A stretch of DNA of 33,959 bases, from the IMG/VR virus record IMGVR_UViG_3300047564_000773, positions 1 to 33,959 of that record. One strand, given 5' to 3'. Made by a program: the position numbers and the translations under genes. Numbering within the stretch: position 1 is the stretch's first letter; each line of letters opens with the position of its first letter. Source of the DNA: a virus (taxonomy: Duplodnaviria > Caudoviricetes). Below are positions 32,102-33,959 of the stretch, piece by piece. The notes below the pieces were generated by a model. That model made no database searches. It worked only from the letters and a program-made list of their open reading frames with translations, and had not been told where the DNA came from.

Positions 32102-32214
32102 TTCCAATCTGCCTCATCTTCGCCGGCAATAAGCGCCACCCAGATGACCATGCCAGCAAGTCCGACCAGGCCGCCGATGGTGATCAGCAGCACACCAAAC
32201 AATGCGATCGCCAT
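32098..32214 (-). CDS. Small single-TM protein (38 aa), not in the ORF track
   Basis: MAIALFGVLLITIGGLVGLAGMVIWVALIAGEDEADWK; TGATG and GTGA overlaps with both neighbours. Confidence 0.65.
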   Translation of the reverse strand: MAIALFGVLLITIGGLVGLAGMVIWVALIAGEDEADWK

Positions 32215-32414
32215 CACGGCCACCGCAGATGTGAGGTCAGCTTCCTGACGTGCTGGTCAGGCGTCAGTCGCCCCGAATGATTCCTGTACGGGCTCTCAGA
32301 GCGCTTCTCAATGCAAGGCTTGCAGATCCACCTGGCAGTGGTCTTGCCGCGCTTGTAGACGCCGCCATCCAGATCTCGAGTGCATTGGCAGCTGGTGCAG
32401 AACTTTGTATTCAT
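32214..32414 (-). CDS. Small zinc-finger protein
   Basis: CTSC...CKPC; coupled to neighbours. Confidence 0.7.
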   Translation of the reverse strand: MNTKFCTSCQCTRDLDGGVYKRGKTTARWICKPCIEKRSESPYRNHSGRLTPDQHVRKLTSHLRWP

Positions 32415-32608
32415 AGCAGCCCCTTGATGCGCTTGATCTCCCAGCCTGTCGCGTCATGGATCTGCAGAATGCGCTCGGCACTGACCGGCATACCGGAGCG
32501 CATCTTCGACAGCGAGCTCGGTGGCACGCCCAAGTACCGCGCCAGGGCCACGTCGTTCTTGAGATTGAACTTGGCCTTTAATGTGTCCAACAGCTTGTGT
32601 GTTTTCAT
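32411..32608 (-). CDS. Cro/XRE-type HTH regulator (no peptidase domain)
   Basis: LKNDVALARYLGVPPSSLSKMRSG HTH; 65 aa. Confidence 0.8.
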   Translation of the reverse strand: MKTHKLLDTLKAKFNLKNDVALARYLGVPPSSLSKMRSGMPVSAERILQIHDATGWEIKRIKGLL

Positions 32609-32853
32609 TTTTTGTATCTCCTGACCATCTCGTTGCGCAGCTTTGTTCTTGCCTCGGTGCCGCGCTGCTGTTCAACACCGTTTAGGTAATCCAGCTTGGT
32701 GATGCGCGGCTTCCTGGCCTTGTCCGGCAGCTTCAAAGCCCAGCGCACCTCGCACTCAAAGCGCCACGCCTCGCTGTAGGTGCAGAGCTCCACGCCGTTG
32801 ACCATCACAGTTTTTGCCGGCGGGTGAGGGCGCTCGCAGTGCGGACACGTCAC
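32605..32853 (-). CDS. Conserved hypothetical phage protein
   Basis: CPHC and TYSEAWRFECEVRWAL.LP....YL.GVEQ.RG motifs; overlapping start and stop. Confidence 0.7.
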   Translation of the reverse strand: MTCPHCERPHPPAKTVMVNGVELCTYSEAWRFECEVRWALKLPDKARKPRITKLDYLNGVEQQRGTEARTKLRNEMVRRYKK

Positions 32854-33053
32854 TTGATCCTGCGAACCTTGGCCGCAGCTGCAGCCTTCTGCTCGCGCAG
32901 CATTCGACGAAACTTCTTAGCTAGATCTGTCTTCTCCGCAGACGTGTACTTCCACTCTGGATTCCAGACCGAGGGCGTGTCGTCAGTGACGACCTTCTTT
33001 GCCTTGCGCTTCTTCTCAGGCATGACCGGCATCAGCAATCTGTTTTGGTTCAT
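32850..33053 (-). CDS. Small basic hypothetical protein
   Basis: WKYTSAEKTDLAKKFRR motif; RBS AAGGA. Confidence 0.65.
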   Translation of the reverse strand: MNQNRLLMPVMPEKKRKAKKVVTDDTPSVWNPEWKYTSAEKTDLAKKFRRMLREQKAAAAAKVRRIK

Positions 33054-33065
33054 TGACTTTTCCTT

Positions 33066-33398
33066 TCAAACTTTCCAAAGACTCATACCCTTCCCGAAGT
33101 TGTCAGGCCGCGGCACGTTGCGCATCTGCACCTGACCCTTCGCCATCATCTTTCGCAGGACGCTGTAGAGCCCTTCCTTGTTAATCTCAATGTCGGCCTC
33201 GCAGACATGCTCGAAGAGCTCCTGGGTCGACAGCTCGCCAACGTCGGTCAAGGTCTCGATCACCAGCTTGCGCAGGTCGGTGCGTACCGGCTTGGCAGCC
33301 TTGCCGTTCAGACCCATGTTGATGACCAGCCTGCCGCCGGTCTTCTTCAACACCGTGCGCTCACCCTGCAGCTGCTTGACCACCCAGTGCCAGCTCAT
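33066..33398 (-). CDS. Winged-helix-like protein
   Basis: Start reassigned to 33398 (ATGA overlap); LSTQELFE.....INKEGLYSVLRKM...GQV...W wHTH pattern. Confidence 0.65.
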   Translation of the reverse strand: MSWHWVVKQLQGERTVLKKTGGRLVINMGLNGKAAKPVRTDLRKLVIETLTDVGELSTQELFEHVCEADIEINKEGLYSVLRKMMAKGQVQMRNVPRPDNFGKGMSLWKV

Positions 33399-33715
33399 TT
33401 CAGCTGGTCGCGCATCATCGGAATGAAATCCTTCAACTGCAGGCACACCCGCCACGGCTGCCCATTGCGCCTGTACGCCAGCACCGGGATCTCCCCAGCC
33501 TCGGCGCAGGCCTCCACTTGTTCGCTCCATTTGTCCACCTGTAATCGTTCTTGTCGTTTCACTTCGATGCGGAACTGCTGCACGGTCAGGTCGTCGCCAC
33601 TGTCTCTGGCTTGGCCCAGGTTGCGCTTCACCACAAACCCGAGCTCATCAGAGAGCAGGGCGGCGAGCTCACGCTCACCAGCCGCGCCCTTGTTGCGCTT
33701 ACCCCTACCGTTCAT
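33395..33715 (-). CDS. Holliday junction resolvase (Hjc-like PD-(D/E)xK)
   Basis: RNKGAAGEREL, GDD, IEVKRQERL, W.EQ and PVL.YRRN..PW.V motifs. Confidence 0.85.
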   Translation of the reverse strand: MNGRGKRNKGAAGERELAALLSDELGFVVKRNLGQARDSGDDLTVQQFRIEVKRQERLQVDKWSEQVEACAEAGEIPVLAYRRNGQPWRVCLQLKDFIPMMRDQLK

Positions 33716-33903
33716 GCGCTGCCCAGGAGCCGCTTCAGCCGGTTCTCAGCGGTCTCGTAGCGCTTGCCGTAAGCCTCGACGATCAGCTCCTCGAGGATCG
33801 ACGTGCGGCTGCGGCGCTGCTCGTCTGCAGCCAGGTCAAGCAGCTGCCTGACCTCTGGCCGCATACGCATCAGAAACATCCGGTAATGCTGGGTTGAGCT
33901 CAT
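33712..33903 (-). CDS. Ribbon-helix-helix (Arc/CopG-like) regulator
   Basis: MFLMRMRPEVRQLLDLAADEQRRSRTSILEELI RHH pattern; ATG 33903 with RBS GGAG; first gene of the leftward arm. Confidence 0.8.
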   Translation of the reverse strand: MSSTQHYRMFLMRMRPEVRQLLDLAADEQRRSRTSILEELIVEAYGKRYETAENRLKRLLGSA

Positions 33904-33959
33904 CTGTAAAGTCTCCAAACGGTACGATTGCAGAAAGATATATCGATTCTGACGACTTC

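Noticed and set aside
4440-33851. Many long + strand ORFs antisense to structural and replication genes (e.g. 10612-11157, 21997-22875, 33207-33851)
   Set aside because: They are shadow ORFs of GC-rich coding sequence with no recognisable motifs; the - strand genes tile the region with coupled starts and stops.
33833-33959. Terminal direct repeat as a biological T7-like DTR
   Set aside because: It is exactly 127 nt (a common assembler k) and interrupts the RHH gene, so an assembly overlap is the simplest explanation.
1-33959. T7-like (Autographiviridae) classification, tRNA genes or a recoded genetic code
   Set aside because: There is no single-subunit RNA polymerase or DNA polymerase, I saw no tRNA-like cloverleaf in the few gaps, and genes are intact under the standard code.

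Overview
This window looks like a complete, circularly assembled genome (about 33,832 bp unique) of a temperate-looking podovirus-type dsDNA phage. Bases 1-127 repeat at 33833-33959, most likely a k=127 assembly overlap. Spanins, a CTGT-N8-ACAG LexA box and gene families typical of Burkholderiales phages point to a Gram-negative, probably betaproteobacterial host (inference). A short + strand arm (254-4384) encodes a serine recombinase, an SOS-box-controlled orphan gene and a YqaJ-exonuclease/RecT-like recombination pair. The long - strand arm runs in this order: RHH and HTH regulators, Holliday junction resolvase, HTH replication initiator with an internal origin (iterons, DnaA box, AT-rich tract), SSB-like protein, terminase, BPP-1/T7-like head and tail genes, four internal virion (ejection) proteins, a tail-fibre module and an unusually gene-rich lysis cassette (GH19 endolysin, embedded Rz/Rz1). 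I see no RNA polymerase, DNA polymerase, helicase or cleavable CI repressor. The best novelty candidate is an ejection-cluster protein carrying a HhH-GPD/OGG-like DNA-glycosylase domain. A small acidic gene is overprinted in its C-terminal tail and its N-terminal motif is shared with the neighbouring ejection protein, which suggests a virion-delivered effector/immunity pair. Other leads are a LexA-gated orphan induction switch and a recurring intergenic motif (GTAAGT.CAATT.CCAACCG). All family calls come from motif recognition by eye; no database searches were run.
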